A DNA stretch of 26,005 nucleotides from Candidatus Micrarchaeota archaeon (GTDB lineage Archaea > Micrarchaeota > Micrarchaeia > Anstonellales > Bilamarchaeaceae). The position numbers and the translations under genes were made by a program. Under the pieces are notes generated by a model that worked only from the letters and a program-made list of their open reading frames with translations, did no database searches and was not told the origin of the DNA. The DNA is taken from positions 1 to 26,005 of the forward strand of contig JBGFRX010000009.1 of NCBI GenBank assembly GCA_041694885.1, read 5' to 3'. Shown piece by piece: positions 24,975 to 26,005 of this stretch (positions within the stretch are counted from its first letter, which is position 1; the number at the start of each line of letters is the position of its first letter).

Positions 24975-25495
24975 GAAAAAATATCCTGGTTTTTGCTCTT
25001 ACCTTGTTTGTGACAATTTTCATTTCCGGCTGCCTCATAACGAGGAGCGAAAGCGACTGCACGAAACTCGAAAATGAGGCGTGGTACGACAGCTGGAAAG
25101 TGGGTGAGGTCTCGATGTGCTGGCAGGAAGTCGCAATAAGCAAGGCGCTCAAGAGTGATTCGGACGGTGCGATAACTGCATGCGAAAATGCGGGCACGCC
25201 GTCCAGCGGACTAATCCAATACGCCCCCAGTTTTGCGGAAAGCAACAGCAACAGCTGCTATTCGGATATTGCCGCTATACTCCACAACGAAACGATCTGC
25301 GACAGAATAGAGACTCAGTTGATACAGGGGGACATAGGGCCGCTCAGCGAGCTCTGGGGCTCTGCGAAAAACAAGTGCAAGGAAAGGGCGAAACAGAAAG
25401 GTGAAAAACTTACGCTGTGCGGCTCCACTGCTGCATTCATCCTTGTGCCATTGCTCGTCCTGCTGTCATTTTACAGGAAAAAACAGCCCGGTTAA
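24968..25495 (+). CDS. Cys-rich secreted lipoprotein-like protein with C-terminal membrane anchor
   Basis: MVRKN + hydrophobic stretch + FISG|C lipobox; several Cys; C-terminal CGSTAAFILVPLLVLLSFYRKK. Confidence 0.75.
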   Translation: MVRKNILVFALTLFVTIFISGCLITRSESDCTKLENEAWYDSWKVGEVSMCWQEVAISKALKSDSDGAITACENAGTPSSGLIQYAPSFAESNSNSCYSDIAAILHNETICDRIETQLIQGDIGPLSELWGSAKNKCKERAKQKGEKLTLCGSTAAFILVPLLVLLSFYRKKQPG

Positions 25496-25507
25496 TTGCA
25501 AAAAAAT

Positions 25508-25798
25508 TTATTCACTATCCAAAAGTTCGAGGGCTTTCTTCACGCTCATGCCTTCGCGCAAACCGACATCTTCTGCCCAGGTGGTTGCGGTCCTTAGTTT
25601 GGCCCTGAGCATGTCGTCTATGTTCTTCACTCCGGAGACAAAGCCGGCTATGTCCCCTACTTTCTCGGCCGTCTCATGGTTTATGTAGCTGCAGGCGATG
25701 TACCCACGCTTCGCCTTTATTACAAGAAGTTTCAAGTTGCCGAGTTCGCTTTCAACTGCAGTGTATTTCTTTCCGTCGAGTTCGACAGGACGAAACAT
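25508..25798 (-). CDS. YunC/DUF1805 family protein
   Basis: LLVIKAKRGYIACSY, GVKNIDDML, GLREGMSVKKAL; TGATG overlap with the upstream gene. Confidence 0.8.
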   Translation of the reverse strand: MFRPVELDGKKYTAVESELGNLKLLVIKAKRGYIACSYINHETAEKVGDIAGFVSGVKNIDDMLRAKLRTATTWAEDVGLREGMSVKKALELLDSE

Positions 25799-26005
25799 CA
25801 ATACCGCCTTTCCCCGCGCCTCTCCACCATCCGCCTTTTCTTCTCGAAAATCTTCCTGTGCTTAGCGCAGCTTATGCAGTAATAGACGGTTGTGTTGCTC
25901 ACAGTGAAAACGTTGTCAGCGGTGCGCAAATCAGTGCTGAACACGCTCCTTTTCTCGAATTCGACCGCTTTCCCGCGGGGCACCTGCCTGTGGCAACTCT
26001 CGCAG
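25798..26005 (-). CDS. rps26e: Ribosomal protein eS26-like, 5'-truncated by the window edge
   Basis: The frame continues to the window edge: CESCHRQVPRGKA...YYCISCAKHRKI matches the eS26 pattern CxxC..VPKDKA...YCVSCAIH. Confidence 0.72.
   Translation of the reverse strand, partial: CESCHRQVPRGKAVEFEKRSVFSTDLRTADNVFTVSNTTVYYCISCAKHRKIFEKKRRMVERRGERRY

Overview
Archaeal chromosomal window, about 26 kb and gene-dense. Gene content suggests a DPANN/Micrarchaeota-like lineage, but this is inference. Housekeeping and metabolic genes: hsp20, a DedA/VTT protein, a HAD hydrolase, a four-gene cluster (FAD oxidoreductase, DUF2666-like protein, small ORF, mevalonate kinase), FtsZ2-type ftsZ, a VapBC-like pair whose PIN active site is degenerate, and ATP-dependent DNA ligase. 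Next come tRNA-Gln(UUG) with a 72-nt intron, tRNA-Thr(CGU), a class III signal-peptide pilin, an R15P isomerase-AMP phosphorylase-enolase operon and MscS. A metal-homeostasis cluster follows (DsbD_2/cupredoxin, HMA chaperone, membrane-anchored HTH regulator, ferritin-like protein, ZIP), then RNase Z, M17 aminopeptidase, sepF divergent from orc1/cdc6 with an ORB-like box between them, an HD hydrolase, a Cys-rich lipoprotein, YunC/DUF1805 and a partial eS26-like ribosomal protein. The most striking unexplained signal is a family of degenerate 7-nt tandem repeats (AAC-N4 / GTT-N4). They build the whole tRNA-Gln intron as an inverted hairpin, recur in intergenic DNA, and appear in frame inside pepA, AMP phosphorylase and enolase, with near-identical sequence shared between the intron and the first two. 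All calls come from motif recognition by eye; no database searches were run.
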